From Sporopachydermia quercuum (taxonomy: Eukaryota), in NCBI GenBank assembly GCA_001599295.1, contig BCGN01000005.1:310001-374000 (forward strand): 64,000 nucleotides of DNA. Reading direction: 5' to 3'. Position numbers and translations under genes: made by a program. How positions within the stretch are numbered: position 1 is the first letter of the stretch; every line of letters begins with the position of its first letter. Of the stretch, positions 27,306-39,742 are shown one piece after another. The notes beneath the pieces were generated by a model. That model saw only the letters and a program-made list of their open reading frames with translations, searched no databases and was not told the origin of the DNA.

Positions 27306-27373
27306 TTTCTCGCCTTACCACTTGCACAAGCGACCATTTAGAACACATATAACAGCAGGAACATGTCTGAACT

Positions 27374-30085
27374 ATGATACTGCGAATACACCCTAAATCA
27401 TTACTGTGGCTGATTTCTATACTTTTGGGACTCAACTTTGTCTCGGGAGTTCCCGTGGAAGCCGATATTTGTCTCTCGGAAGCAGAAATATCAAACCTGG
27501 TTCTAACCCAAAACCCCACATTCTCACCCCAGCATACTCAACTAAGTCTTCCATTAGCGGAAGCGGAAGCAAGGTTCCACCCAGCTTCTATCGGATATTC
27601 CGANGACTCTATAATATTTAATCTTTCCGCTTATTTCTTCTCGANAATACCGAATAGCAACCCAGATTCAGACCTTCACAGCAGACTAGTCGTTGAGTCA
27701 AAATTCCTATCAGAAGTTTTATTCCAATATGAAGATACACTATGCAACCATCTGATGACAGAGCCATTTTCCAATCTCATTCCTGCAAGTTCTTTTTCTC
27801 TCCAATGTCCGATTTTACCCGAAACTTACGCAGAATTGAACTTTCGCGTGAATGTTACGAGTCATCACCTGGAGATGGGAACGTTGAGTACCAAAGTGCT
27901 AGTTTTATCGCCAGATAATCCATCGCGCATACTAAATTGCATACAAATTTATACAACTTTGCAGCAAGCTCAAACGGTATTTATTTTGATTATTGCTGCT
28001 ATTACTGCGGTTCTATTCGTTCAATTGGTGGCAGACTTCTCTGGGTTACTTTTCAGCTTGTGGTCTGTATCCAAGAATATATTCTACCTACCAGAAGCTC
28101 GTATTGATAATCCCGAACTCAACAAGTTATTGTATCCTGGGTTAGCAGATTTGTTGTTTTTTGTCCAGTTCGCATACTTTCTTGGTGGCTTAGCATTGAA
28201 CTATCCGCCGTTTTATCGATATATTTTGGCGGAAGCGGGATGGTGTTCTCTTATTTTTGTTCCGTGGTTCCAAGAATGGCCAGTACCTGTTCCAGAAGAT
28301 AATATTTATCNGGTGTCACCAGGAAAAGGTATGTTTGCCCTGATTAGCACTTCTATACGAGCTAGCGCTTCAGACATTTGGGGAAGTTACATAGGAGTTT
28401 TCCTAACAACTACGGCTGTGGTGCTTGGTATAACACAAGTTACAGTGGCTGCAGTATGGCTCTGGATGAGACTACATAGATACTATGACGAACTAGTTGG
28501 ATCATATGGTAATTTCTGGAGTCAGAATATGTACCTACTCCTTGGCTTAGCAATTCGAATGATCTATTCGTTGTTTGCATGCCCATTGATGGTCATAACT
28601 TGGTTTCAAATAGGGTATTTAAGCGGAATGTCTGANGTTCGGGTGACTTGGAAAATTTTGGCACCAATAATGGTAGTTTCATGGTTAGGTCTAGCCGTGG
28701 CCTTCAGTTATTTTTGGCTTTATCGGGACAAAGGATTGCATAATCTACGTACTAAGCATCACTTAGGATTACTGTTTGGAATATTACATGCGCCCTATCG
28801 GGAATCACGCACCCCGTTTACTGTTGTTTCTGTTGGCTATTATTTTCTGTTCGGGATAATTGTTGGCTGTTTTCAGATGTCTGGAGTTGCACAGATAGTG
28901 TTGCTTGCCATTTTGGAAACAGCTTTTTTAATCTTGATCTGCGTTTTCCAACCATTTCATAAGAACTGTGGCATGAATTCCACAGCAGGAACTTTTTCAG
29001 TGATTCGCCTTATCCTAATCCTTCTTTCTATAGTATTCATTCCTGGATTGAAGATTAGTTTAACCAATAGATCAATTGTGACGTATGTCATTGTTGGTGT
29101 GGAAGCCGTTATTTTACTATACGTTTTCCTACATGGCATTCATGTAGTCTTGGAAGTTGTCATTGCACTTTTAAAACAACAACGGAAATTGTCTGGAGCT
29201 CCAAGCTCATTTATTAGCAAAATTGCGTATTTTTGCACATCTTGGGGAACTTTTGCTCAGTTCAGGAAACCAAACCCAATACCTGAGCCGAGAAACTCGA
29301 TAGAAATGGAAGTTTCTTTATTGGGCAAACTCAGAGATAGGTACAATCAACCATTTGACAGAACTCTTCCGCAGACTATTGTTGATGAAGAATCTCCTTC
29401 CCGAAATATGAGTTTGAGCACTGTCGAATACTTCCGGAAGCCGAGATTCGAGTACGACATCCTAACAAGACCAGGAAATCAAGATGAAGATAGCAATAAC
29501 AGCAAAGTTATATCTTTGATGAGAGCTCGTCAATATAATGTAGATTACACTAAACGAGAAAGCGATAAGTTTAAGGAGGCGTATAGGAAAAATGACATGG
29601 GATCAGTAGGAAGTATAGAAGATATGGCGGAATCTTCTAAGTCAGAATTCAATTACGATGAATTCTGCATGAATGATNGTTCAGAAAATTTTGGAATCAG
29701 GCAGGGAATTAACTTGAGGTATAAAAAGGTTGGGAAAATACCTATTCTGAAACTGCCNAGCCTTAGAAGCTCATTCAAATATCAACGGAAGCATCAAAAG
29801 AAGGTCGACATTGAAGCAAAAGGAGGATTTGAAGTTATTGGAAGAGGCAAAATTGTTGTTCGACATCCTGAAAGAAATAGTGAAGCATCAAGAAGAGAAG
29901 CAGAAAATAGTTTATCTGATAGTGGTAGTAGTTCATCTGCCGCTATTGTTACTAAGAAAGATGAAATACTGCAGGATGAAAATGATTGTGAAAATCGGAA
30001 TGGAAATAATGGAATTGAAAATGATGTTTCTGATGAAGAAGTTGCATTTAATTTTATTGGCAGAATGAAAAATGATGGGAAATAA
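27374..30085 (+). CDS. TRP-like/Flc-family polytopic membrane protein (signal peptide, ML-like N-domain, multiple TM helices, charged tail)
   Basis: Hydrophobic leader; LC..CP..C N-domain; PGLADLLFFVQF...L.LNYP.FY motif; G.L..PYR and SG.AQ...L...E motifs typical of fungal TRP/Flc proteins. Confidence 0.75.
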   Translation: MILRIHPKSLLWLISILLGLNFVSGVPVEADICLSEAEISNLVLTQNPTFSPQHTQLSLPLAEAEARFHPASIGYSXDSIIFNLSAYFFSXIPNSNPDSDLHSRLVVESKFLSEVLFQYEDTLCNHLMTEPFSNLIPASSFSLQCPILPETYAELNFRVNVTSHHLEMGTLSTKVLVLSPDNPSRILNCIQIYTTLQQAQTVFILIIAAITAVLFVQLVADFSGLLFSLWSVSKNIFYLPEARIDNPELNKLLYPGLADLLFFVQFAYFLGGLALNYPPFYRYILAEAGWCSLIFVPWFQEWPVPVPEDNIYXVSPGKGMFALISTSIRASASDIWGSYIGVFLTTTAVVLGITQVTVAAVWLWMRLHRYYDELVGSYGNFWSQNMYLLLGLAIRMIYSLFACPLMVITWFQIGYLSGMSXVRVTWKILAPIMVVSWLGLAVAFSYFWLYRDKGLHNLRTKHHLGLLFGILHAPYRESRTPFTVVSVGYYFLFGIIVGCFQMSGVAQIVLLAILETAFLILICVFQPFHKNCGMNSTAGTFSVIRLILILLSIVFIPGLKISLTNRSIVTYVIVGVEAVILLYVFLHGIHVVLEVVIALLKQQRKLSGAPSSFISKIAYFCTSWGTFAQFRKPNPIPEPRNSIEMEVSLLGKLRDRYNQPFDRTLPQTIVDEESPSRNMSLSTVEYFRKPRFEYDILTRPGNQDEDSNNSKVISLMRARQYNVDYTKRESDKFKEAYRKNDMGSVGSIEDMAESSKSEFNYDEFCMNDXSENFGIRQGINLRYKKVGKIPILKLXSLRSSFKYQRKHQKKVDIEAKGGFEVIGRGKIVVRHPERNSEASRREAENSLSDSGSSSSAAIVTKKDEILQDENDCENRNGNNGIENDVSDEEVAFNFIGRMKNDGK

Positions 30086-31133
30086 AGTATAATGTTCTCC
30101 ATTCTGTTATAATGAGTCTCAAAATTCTCAGAATGATTTATGAAGTTGCATAGAATTAAGAAATAATAAGTGAACGGAACGATAGAAAACTGAACAGTTT
30201 GATATCGGAATTATGGAGGTATCAAGAACATGTTAACAGAAGATGATTTAAGAGAATTTGTTTTTTATAGTTGAGTTAATAATGTNAACAATAAGTTGAT
30301 AAAGGTAATTGGTTGGAAAAAAAATTTGGATGGTTATTAAAATATTTTTGGGATAAAATATTTTTTTATTATGTATATACTAGTTTATGGCAATTTATAA
30401 AGAGTAGTAGTGTTGAAGTAGTTGTGAATTCATCAAATAGCTAAAATATAAGTTATTTTTCAACAGATGATGGACGTAGAAATACCTAAAGTAATTTGTT
30501 ACAATAACTAGACAAAGCCACAAGTCAAAATCAAGATAAATAAAGAAAAGTGCAATAATAATTACGGAAATAACAATAAAGATCTATCTCAGGTATTTGT
30601 ATGTGTTATAATCATGTAGACATATATGTTACAATTAATGATACATTTTATGTATAACTCCTATAAATCTTTTGCTTCCCTTTATGGTAAAGTCTATGAA
30701 TTCACCATTGAAACAAAGGGATATGACAACAAATAAATAAACCAAAAGCAATAGAAATCTTTGGGTAATCGAAGCAATAAGTAATAAGCAGCAATCAACA
30801 AGCAGTAATTATTAGGTTTCAACAGATTTGACCGTAATACTTTATGAAAATTAATTATCTTGTTTGTTATCTAACTATCAGCTGAAAGTGGTTCTTTCTA
30901 TGCCTTCAATAGAAATAGTAGATTCAATGATTTTTGCCATCATTTTGTTACTATAATCATCTTTCACAGCTATTGGCCTTAATCATGCTCTTTATGTATC
31001 GCAGTTGATTATCTTTTATATTTCTGAATTAGATTCTTTCCAAGTTTAATATCAATCAACTAGCTGCAATAAATCAGGTGATACATCATCCTCAAATAAA
31101 ATATACTCATTCACATTTATCAACATTCAGTTT

Positions 31134-32600
31134 TTATCTACTTCCTTTTACTTTCTTATTATTTCCTTTCTCATTTTTCACTCTTTTATTCGCAATCTTA
31201 TCATATATTCCTTTCAATCCAGTATCAACTTCCTTCAGAGTATCAATCCATTCTAAAGAAGCTTTCAAAGAGTCAACCTCAGCTTTCAGTACTCTATTAG
31301 CTTGTTGTTTCTTGGTCTTGTTTATCGTCAGACTATCATCAACAGGTTCTATCTCTGGATACTCTTTCAACTGATACTCAACAGCTTTTTTCCATATTCT
31401 TTTGCCATCACTAGAAATAACTTCTTGACTTGATAATTTAGCAAGTTTCCTCACAAGCTTCAGTTTAGATGAATCGATCAGTTTCCCAGAAGAAGAATTA
31501 TTGTCATATTTACAAAGTAGTTCAAGGTAATTAATGACAACCAAAGCCTCAGGTGTTATTTCGCCATGCAAAAAAACGTCATAAGAGTCAAGCAAAATCT
31601 CGTTTTCACCATCTTCACCATTTTCTAGACATTCTAACTGTTTTTTAAGGAATTCTGTAGATATAGTAGCATTCGGAGCATTAGGTTGGATTATTTCTTT
31701 AATGCTATCAAGTATAAATATTTGACTTAGTTCGCCAATGTCGTATTTGCTTCCTGAATGCTCAACATACCCATATCTACGTAATATCTCAGAATTTGGA
31801 TGATCGCCATAAGTGTTATACACCTGGTCACCAGATTTAATTGGTTTTATAGCAACCATAACCAATTCACCTTCAGCGGGAGTCAAATGAGCATTGCATA
31901 GTTTTGTATCAGCATTTAGTAGATCAGCAAAAGGTACCATTGATTTAAGGCTTTCATGTTCATCATCTTCATCTAGTAGATTGCTTTCATTATCATTCAT
32001 ACTATCGTCTTCATCGGGATCAGGAGGATTACCAATATCAAAGCTATATGATAGTACAACAGAAGCAACTCTATGAAAAATTTCTAGATCAACAGAATTG
32101 AAAACTTTTGATAATCCTAATTCAATACTTAGTTTCTTGAATATTTTGCTGTACAACTGTTCTGCTTCCTCCTTACCTATTCTCTTGATTACTTGTGAGG
32201 GCTTAAGCAATTGAAGTTCCTCTTTTGACCAAAACATCAACTGGTTGAATTCTGTAGGAAGAATGTTCAAATAAGGAGCCCAATTGCTGTTTTTGACCCT
32301 TAGGATCTCATACGCCAGTGCCATTATAATAGCCTTCCAATTGTTGAACTCTTCACTTTCAACCCATTGATCCCATTTCTCTGGTGATATTTCTCTCAAC
32401 GAGCAGTTCTTGGCGTTTAGAACTATTCCCAAAGGGATTTTGAAAAGGACCTCATCTTCTTCAATATCCTCGGTAGCAACCACTCCTCTTCCTTGGAAAG
32501 AGCTACGTAAATCTACCAAATTTATTTTGTCTGAGACATAACCTCCGTTAGATTTGAACCAGTCTAAGAACTGCCGTGATTCCTGTTCAAATGAGTCCAT
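31134..32600 (-). CDS. RKM4: SET-domain ribosomal protein lysine methyltransferase (Rkm4/SETD6-like)
   Basis: GRGVVATEDI, WAPYLNILP, SYSFD, MVPFADLLNAD and NTYGDHPNSEILRRYGYV. Confidence 0.88.
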   Translation of the reverse strand: MDSFEQESRQFLDWFKSNGGYVSDKINLVDLRSSFQGRGVVATEDIEEDEVLFKIPLGIVLNAKNCSLREISPEKWDQWVESEEFNNWKAIIMALAYEILRVKNSNWAPYLNILPTEFNQLMFWSKEELQLLKPSQVIKRIGKEEAEQLYSKIFKKLSIELGLSKVFNSVDLEIFHRVASVVLSYSFDIGNPPDPDEDDSMNDNESNLLDEDDEHESLKSMVPFADLLNADTKLCNAHLTPAEGELVMVAIKPIKSGDQVYNTYGDHPNSEILRRYGYVEHSGSKYDIGELSQIFILDSIKEIIQPNAPNATISTEFLKKQLECLENGEDGENEILLDSYDVFLHGEITPEALVVINYLELLCKYDNNSSSGKLIDSSKLKLVRKLAKLSSQEVISSDGKRIWKKAVEYQLKEYPEIEPVDDSLTINKTKKQQANRVLKAEVDSLKASLEWIDTLKEVDTGLKGIYDKIANKRVKNEKGNNKKVKGSR

Positions 32601-33058
32601 GACCGTTGAAAAGGATAACGGATTTAAATTGAATTTTAACTCGTGTAAGGTAGAATGCTGAGAGCGCGGTGGAAATATGTTTAAGATAAGAAGAGCACAA
32701 CACCAATTGATGCTGTGGATGACTGGATGAGTTGGAAATATGTACTAGGACAATTGATACAATACGCACCAAATTAATTTAAATGTAAATCTGGCTGNAT
32801 TATCTTTAATGCAATATTTAATGGAATAAGAAGTATGTTATCGGTGCTATAATGTAATATATTGTGATCAATTGAACATTGCAACAAGAATTATTTGAAG
32901 AGAACGAAAGAATGAANATTTTCACTTTTCACATATTAATGAAAATTATATCAATCACGTGAGAGAATATGGAATTTGATAAAGATTAAATGATTGTGTA
33001 AGCGTTTAAAACTTATTATTTCACATGTACAAGTTTTAATCAACTTCAGTTTTGCAAC

Positions 33059-33073
33059 GTTCCAGAAACTTCG
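33059..33073. promoter_or_regulatory. Heat-shock element (three perfect alternating nGAAn units) upstream of STI1
   Basis: gTTCc-aGAAa-cTTCg followed by TATAAAA at 33094-33100. STI1 is an established Hsf1 target. Confidence 0.75.
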
Positions 33074-33286
33074 GAAAAGTCGTTTTCAGTAAGTATAAAA
33101 CCATAAATGTCATGACATATTTGGATAAATGTAAGTACAAGTTGGGGTAATGAAAGTGATCAGCAGCTCTTCGATAGAATTGACGATTACAAGGGATATC
33201 TAGATTTTTGAAAATAAAACTAATTACCTAATTAGCAGATTTTACAAATTATACAGTTATAACATCAGAATTTATCTTGGTAATCT

Positions 33287-33310
33287 CATTCTTACATTCT
33301 TACATTCTTA
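33287..33310. repeat. Tandem repeat (CATTCTTA)x3
   Basis: Read directly, in the STI1 upstream region. Confidence 0.7.
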
Positions 33311-33619
33311 AATGTATATTCCGTCTTCCCTCTTATCTTGATCAAAGACATTATTTTGTCATATCAAAATCACGTTTTGATCATCTGAAGTTTTCTTTTG
33401 TACAGATTTCCACCAATTTTATTCCGTACGTAGGTCATAACATATAAATTCCTCCGAAGCCAGAGTTTTCACTATCAGCACTATAATTCATTCTTTGTTA
33501 CCTTCAACAAGGACGCCAAATAGCTAATGAAAACAAGAAGAAGACAATCTAGGATATTCAATTATTCAGCACTCAGTAACATAATCAAGCTGTGGTAGAA
33601 TTGTGCAAAAGTTGGAACA

Positions 33620-35383
33620 ATGTCAAGCGCAGAAGAATTGAAATCTGAAGGCAATAAAGCCTTTGCAGCTAAGGACTATAAGACTGCTATCGATTATTTC
33701 TCCAAAGCAATTGAAGCTAGCGAAACTCCTAACCATATTCTGTATTCCAATAGATCAGCATGTTATTCATCTTTACGACAATATAATGATGCTCTAAAGG
33801 ACGCTGAAGAATGTATCAAGATCAACCCTTCATGGTCTAAAGGCTATGGACGGAAAGGTGCTGCTTTATATGGTATAGGAGATTTAGTGGGGGCATTAGA
33901 TACTTATGAAGAAGCATTGAAGCTTGATCCTAATAACAAAGCTGCGAAAGAAGGATTAGACGCCGTAAATGCAGCAATCAACCAAGAAGCTGCTGCNGAT
34001 GGAACAAGCGCNGATTTGGGATTTGGTAAAATGTTGAAAGATCCTGCTACGTTGGGTCGTTTGATGAGTGATCCGAGAACTAAAGATATCATCAAAGATC
34101 CTTCTTTCCAATCAAAGTTGATGCAACTACAAAAGAATCCAATGGCTGCCATGGGGTCAATGATGGGTGATGAGCAAATGAGAACTGTTCTATCTGTTAT
34201 GTTGGGTATTCCTGATATGCCAGATGTCCCTGGTGCTGCTGGCGCTACTGGATCTAGTGCTGGTGCCGATACTTCATCTACTGATGCTACTGAAACCAAG
34301 CCAGAGCCTGTGAAGGAAGAAACAGCAGAAACTTCTGCTAATAGTTCTGAAGACGTGAAAATGGAAGATGCTCCTAGTGATAAGAATGATTCTGATGATG
34401 GTAAAGCAGCTTCATTAAAAGAAAAGGAAGAAGGTAATAAATTATACAAACAAAAGGAATTTGATGAGGCAATTAAACATTACAACAAAGCATGGGAACT
34501 CTATAAAGATATCACTTACCTTAATAACAGAGCAGCAGCTGAATTTGAAAAGAAAGATTATGAATCTTGTGTTGCTACGTGCAAGCAAGCTGTTGCTGAA
34601 GGTAGAGAAGTGTTTGCTGATTATAAAGTAGTTGCCAAATCATTAGCAAGACTAGGTACTGCTTATGTAAAGCTTGATGATTTACCAAAAGCCATTGACA
34701 ACTTCAAGCAATCATTAACCGAACACCGTACTGCTGATACTCTGACTAAATTACGTAACGCTGAGAAGGAATTAAAAATTCGTGAAGCTGAGTCTTATAT
34801 TGATCCTGAAAAGGCAGAAGAAGCTCGTGTTCAAGGTAATGACTTATTTAAAGCTGCTGATTGGCCTGGTGCTGTTAAGGCATATACTGAAATGATCAAA
34901 AGAGCACCCGAAGACGCTCGTGGTTATTCCAACAGAGCTGCTGCTTTGGCTAAGCTAATGTCTTTCCCTGAAGCAGTTAAAGATTGTGACACTGCTATCT
35001 CCAAAGATCCTAAGTTTATTAGAGCATATATTAGGAAAGCCAACGCTCAATTGGCTATGAAAGAATTTGGAAAAGTTATCGAAACTTTGAATGAAGCCAG
35101 AGAGCTTCCCGAAGCTCAAGGTCATTTAGGAGAAATTGATCAATTATTGCAGAAGGCAATGGCTCAAAGATTCCAAGGATTAGAAGGAGAAACGCCAGAA
35201 GAAACTATGGAGAGAGCAAGTAAAGATCCAGAGATTGTTAGTATTTTACAAGATCCAGTTATGCAAAGCATTTTGCAACAAGCACAAGAGAATCCTGCTG
35301 CTCTACAGGAACATTTGAAGAATCCCAACGTGAGAAAGAAGATTGAGATGTTAATTGCTGCTGGTATTATTAGAACTAGATAA
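33620..35383 (+). CDS. STI1: Hsp70/Hsp90 organising co-chaperone Sti1
   Basis: TPR1-DP1-TPR2A-TPR2B-DP2 architecture; ends DPVMQSILQQAQENPAAL..LIAAGIIRTR. Confidence 0.97.
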   Translation: MSSAEELKSEGNKAFAAKDYKTAIDYFSKAIEASETPNHILYSNRSACYSSLRQYNDALKDAEECIKINPSWSKGYGRKGAALYGIGDLVGALDTYEEALKLDPNNKAAKEGLDAVNAAINQEAAXDGTSXDLGFGKMLKDPATLGRLMSDPRTKDIIKDPSFQSKLMQLQKNPMAAMGSMMGDEQMRTVLSVMLGIPDMPDVPGAAGATGSSAGADTSSTDATETKPEPVKEETAETSANSSEDVKMEDAPSDKNDSDDGKAASLKEKEEGNKLYKQKEFDEAIKHYNKAWELYKDITYLNNRAAAEFEKKDYESCVATCKQAVAEGREVFADYKVVAKSLARLGTAYVKLDDLPKAIDNFKQSLTEHRTADTLTKLRNAEKELKIREAESYIDPEKAEEARVQGNDLFKAADWPGAVKAYTEMIKRAPEDARGYSNRAAALAKLMSFPEAVKDCDTAISKDPKFIRAYIRKANAQLAMKEFGKVIETLNEARELPEAQGHLGEIDQLLQKAMAQRFQGLEGETPEETMERASKDPEIVSILQDPVMQSILQQAQENPAALQEHLKNPNVRKKIEMLIAAGIIRTR

Positions 35384-35648
35384 GTTAATAGCTGAATATG
35401 TTTGTTAGTTAGTTTGTATAGCTAATGGCGTAATATAATGTAAATAGGAAATTTTATGTATGATAAATATATGTATGATACTATGAGACTTTACTTCACT
35501 TTACACCAGTTTCCATAACTATAAATATATATCACTACAGTCACTTTTGATTCATAATAATGTGTATTCATTTGTATGTCCATACTCATCTTTTCTTCTA
35601 TATTAATATATATTTAATATCTTCTTTTTGACTGCTATTTTCTCCTCT

Positions 35649-37127
35649 TTAACCAGGGAAATGACTAATTGACTTACGCACTTCAATTTTCCATCTATAA
35701 AAGCGATCTCCTTGCACTTTAACATAAGTAATCAATGAAACACCAAACACAACAGTAATAGCAACCAGAACTGCATTAATTGGTGTTGGGTTCATCTTGA
35801 ATACTGTATGAGTCAATTGATCAAGCCAGGCCTGTGCCAAATTGACTACTCCTGCTGTACAAATAATAGTTCCATAAACAGTGCCAAAAGTATCAAATCC
35901 AAAGATCTTAGCACAGTAATCAGATAACGTCGTATAGAACAAAGGTCTGAAACCAACAAACAATAGGACATTGAAATAGCCAGCATAAAGATTAGGAATC
36001 AAACCTGAGATACCAATAGTTAATGAAATGACAAATAAAACAATCAACGATGAAACTGTCAATACATTATCTAATAATAATCCCACAAAAGGAATAGAAA
36101 CCAATCCACCCAAAGGTAATGCAATATCGAAAAATGCATTAATCAAACCAGCATTTTCTTCAGTTCCAAGCAAGAACTTATATTGAGATCTAACGGTAGC
36201 AACAAAATAATTCAATCGCAGCATTGAAATCGTACTGAATAATGTCATCAAAAAGAAGAAAGGACTGATCATTTGTTGTCCAACAGTTTTACCGTGGAGA
36301 ATACCAAATACTCCGTGTTGCACAATCTCCGGTGGTTCATCGACTTTTTTGACATATGATCTCCTTCGTTTCTGGGTAAAGCTACTATTAGGATCTAACA
36401 AAGCTGAAATTTCTGTTACTTCCTCATTGGCTTCATCATCAGCTCCTTCAGACAATTTAGCTAAATCGTTGATAGTCTTGTAGGAAGTTGAAGGCATTAA
36501 GAAGAATTGGACGCAGAGAATAAACAATGGCATCACTAGGTATATTTGGAAGAATTTCTGTAAATCGAAAGCATAATTGGTTTTCTCGTAGATTGTTCTG
36601 TATACTAAAAACACAGCAGAAGATGCATCGAAAGCACCAGTGATCAAGGCAAGAATAGTTCCTGAATAAGCAGGGAATGAATTGGATAGCTGGAAAGACG
36701 AAATATAGGAAAAAGGACCTCCCAATGCTAAAGCACAGTATCCAAATAAATAAGGATCGAAGGCAGTGATTGTTTTAGCATAAATGAAAATAAACGATCC
36801 AACGGCTAGAAAGAAAGATCCAATGAATCCGCAAACTCTTGGTCCAAAAGTATCAAGAACATAACCAATCAGCAGAGCACTTAAGTTGGTCACAACAGCA
36901 GCACCAGTGAACATGTTGTTTAGTTTCAGATCCTGTCGAGTGCAAACTGCTACTCCATGTTTTAGCTCTTTCTCGGAGCAATAACTCCTGTAGATGTTTT
37001 CATTGATCAGCACTGGTTTCAAAGCAGCGAAACCAAAAACTGGTCCGGCTGATAGAAGACACCAGAAGATTGCACAGCTAACTTGAGCTAATCTCTTTGC
37101 TTTAGAAACTTCAGAATGATGAACCAT
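35649..37127 (-). CDS. FMP42: MFS transporter, Fmp42/LAT3-like
   Basis: QV.CA..WCLLSAGPVFGFAALKPVL, GYVLD.FGPR, ITGAFDASS, MLRLNYFVATV and FGFDTFGTVYG; about 12 TM segments. ATG at 37127; exact C-terminus uncertain. Confidence 0.85.
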   Translation of the reverse strand: MVHHSEVSKAKRLAQVSCAIFWCLLSAGPVFGFAALKPVLINENIYRSYCSEKELKHGVAVCTRQDLKLNNMFTGAAVVTNLSALLIGYVLDTFGPRVCGFIGSFFLAVGSFIFIYAKTITAFDPYLFGYCALALGGPFSYISSFQLSNSFPAYSGTILALITGAFDASSAVFLVYRTIYEKTNYAFDLQKFFQIYLVMPLFILCVQFFLMPSTSYKTINDLAKLSEGADDEANEEVTEISALLDPNSSFTQKRRRSYVKKVDEPPEIVQHGVFGILHGKTVGQQMISPFFFLMTLFSTISMLRLNYFVATVRSQYKFLLGTEENAGLINAFFDIALPLGGLVSIPFVGLLLDNVLTVSSLIVLFVISLTIGISGLIPNLYAGYFNVLLFVGFRPLFYTTLSDYCAKIFGFDTFGTVYGTIICTAGVVNLAQAWLDQLTHTVFKMNPTPINAVLVAITVVFGVSLITYVKVQGDRFYRWKIEVRKSISHFPG

Positions 37128-39742
37128 TGTAGATTTGGTATGAGTTTGTAGTACTGTTCTTTGTGTTATGTTGTGCAGATGGTTCTTGAAGTCGAAGTAC
37201 AATGAAGGTGGGCCATCAGTTTGCTTCACAAGAAAGAAAGAGATAAAGAAATTGGATTATTTGAAATACAAATAACTTGATCTGTTGATGAAAAAATAAT
37301 TTACCGGTGTATCGTGGTTGTTCAGTTAATCTTCTCTATACTGGATATGAATGAAAGTTATTGTTTAGTATATGAGTTATCTATTCTGTAACATAACCTG
37401 GCGAAAATTCTGTTTGGGTTGATTATTGGTTTTCACAAGCAATTCTCGTTGATGGAACTAATGGAATAGATTCAAATGCTCCTGGAGGTTCGGTAGACTT
37501 CGACTTGTAATAATTGCAATACAACTAGTTCACCAGTGCTATAAATGAAGAAATATCACTTGCTTCTTTGAGATAGGTAGGTAATGCAGCCGTGGATGGA
37601 TGTATTAGATAAGAGATAGATAGCAAGCTATCTGCAGAAGGAACAAAAAATTGGTTCAGACTAATACAAAGCTGGCACTAAAGAGTGGATGTATAGTTGT
37701 TGCTGATATCTTTGGAGAGAGTAAAGAAAGAGAAGAATTGAGTAAGAGAAATGGCAGATTGAACGGAGATAAATAGGAAGAAAGAAGGAAATAATTGGAA
37801 AAAGCAAAGAGAAGAAAAGACGAAAGTTTCCTCTAGGAGAATGTGAATAAGGTTTCGAAGTATAAACAAAGCTTTAACTTTATTTGGAGGACGACCTTTT
37901 TATTGGGGTAGTTCTGGAGATACTTGCTGTTAGGTGGTTGGAGAAAGGGAGAGNAAAGAAACAGTAATGTTGCATATAATATAATGTAAGTAGATTAACG
38001 TATTCTTTTTAATGAATATTGGTTGCCAATATTGAATCTGTTATATTTTTATTTTGTTCTGTTCATAAAGTAAATTCATAACGTTTCATTATATGGACGA
38101 TTATTGGACTCAATTGAGGAGTTGTGTGTCCTCGCTTATGGTGAAACAGAAGGGCAAGACGACAATATGACTACAATATGGTAGTTTCAACCATTATCAA
38201 TAGCCTCTTTCTTACTTGTAAGCAGACAGTTGAAACCTTTGAACGTTCACTATAAAGAGTGTTAGGTTTCGTTTGAATGTCATATGCAACTATGATCTTT
38301 GATATCCAAGGATTCAAGGTAAAGTAGAATAAAGTTGTCACTTTAAGCAAATCTTGATACTAAAANCTCAACTTTAATTAATCGGAAGTCCTTTTTATAT
38401 GGCAGTTACCTAATCAGTGATAATAATTGATCTTTATTCTCATAGTGAATTTTATCAGATCAAAGTGGTCTCTTCAAGCTGTAAAAGTAAATCAATTTTA
38501 CTTCCAACTCCGATCATCTTCATTTTGTTACATACTTAGTAGAATGATTTTTATCAATGCTAGCACGATACAGAAGTCTATGTTCTCGTACATTATATAT
38601 ATGTATTCGNCCAGTAGTATCGTTTCAGGATAGATTTTCTATCTTATCTTATACATCCTACTAACACCGTATTCAAATCGTTAGTTTAACTACAACACTT
38701 TCTATCACCAGAATATAATTTTGAAGTATATTGACATAACTTCAGCATGATTTTTCTTNTCTAATATATAATATNTATTATTGAGTACTCTTCTTCTGCT
38801 TTGTAATATTCATTCACCTATTTTTTTTACCCTGATTGCAATCTGATATTCTGGTGCAAGTTTAAATGTACTACCGAAGTCTTCGGAGTATTCCGTTGTG
38901 CTATTGACAAAGTGCATCCTAACAAGACTTTATATACATAAGGTACCAGAAAGCGAAATAGTGGAGTGAAGTAATAGGATATACTAATAAATTTCAATAA
39001 TTATGTGTTTCCAGAGATATGTATATGGCGCAGTTTTTCATACGCGTTATGTTTATTCAGGTTCATAATAATCGGCGTTATCTAAAAGTTGGTCCTTAGC
39101 AAAGCTGGTAGCTGTGGTGTACCAGAATCGCTGATTTCGAAGAAACGCAAAAATGCTGAGTTCTTCTATAATTCCGAAACAGTAGTATTATCATTATTTC
39201 ATTGTTCATTAAATTCTAATTTATAGAGTATCATTTGATATATGATACATATGTTATAAGGAATCAATTATTGGTTTAGTAAATAGGATATGGATCACCG
39301 ATTACTCTTATAGCGAAATAAAGTTGAAATTAGTCAAAGTTTAATCAATTGACTTTCAAACCTTATGCGAGAATCAAAAGTTAGTAAGTTTTAGATAAAC
39401 CACGGATATCTCCGAATTTACCATTTACAAAGGGAGAGACTCACCTAACATCTATCAAAACCGAACAGATTCTCTCATTATTGAACAACTTATTCATTTT
39501 CAAGTACTACTAATGTTGCATCACAAATAAATTGCAATATAGATTCATGATTACTATCGTAAAAAAATATGATGAATTTATACTCGTTATTCATAACCTG
39601 AAAAGCTACACCAAAATTATTTATTAATTATTACTTAAGTCCCATTGTTTCCAAATTTTCATTTATATCCTTCACACAAAAGTTCACCAAAACCTACAAG
39701 AAAAAGAAGTCATTATCAATAAAAGAAAGCCTCTCACACTTC

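Noticed and set aside
32954..33080. Point centromere (ATCACGTG + AT-rich + TTCC.GAAA)
   Set aside because: The spacer is not CDEII-like enough and there is no CDEIII consensus. Better explained as a Cbf1 E-box plus the STI1 heat-shock element.
33131..33600. 5'-UTR intron in STI1 (GTAAGT at 33131 or GTACGT at 33427)
   Set aside because: No clean CTAAC branch/acceptor pair, and a closer TATAAA exists at about 33443.
35535..35681. Terminal intron in FMP42 (GTGCGT/GTAAGT donors near the stop)
   Set aside because: Only a weak branch (TATTAAT), and no donor/acceptor pair gives a clearly better C-terminus; left unresolved.
39090..39165. tRNA-like sequence (TAGCAAAGCTGGTAG A-box-like)
   Set aside because: No acceptor stem, B-box or consistent cloverleaf.
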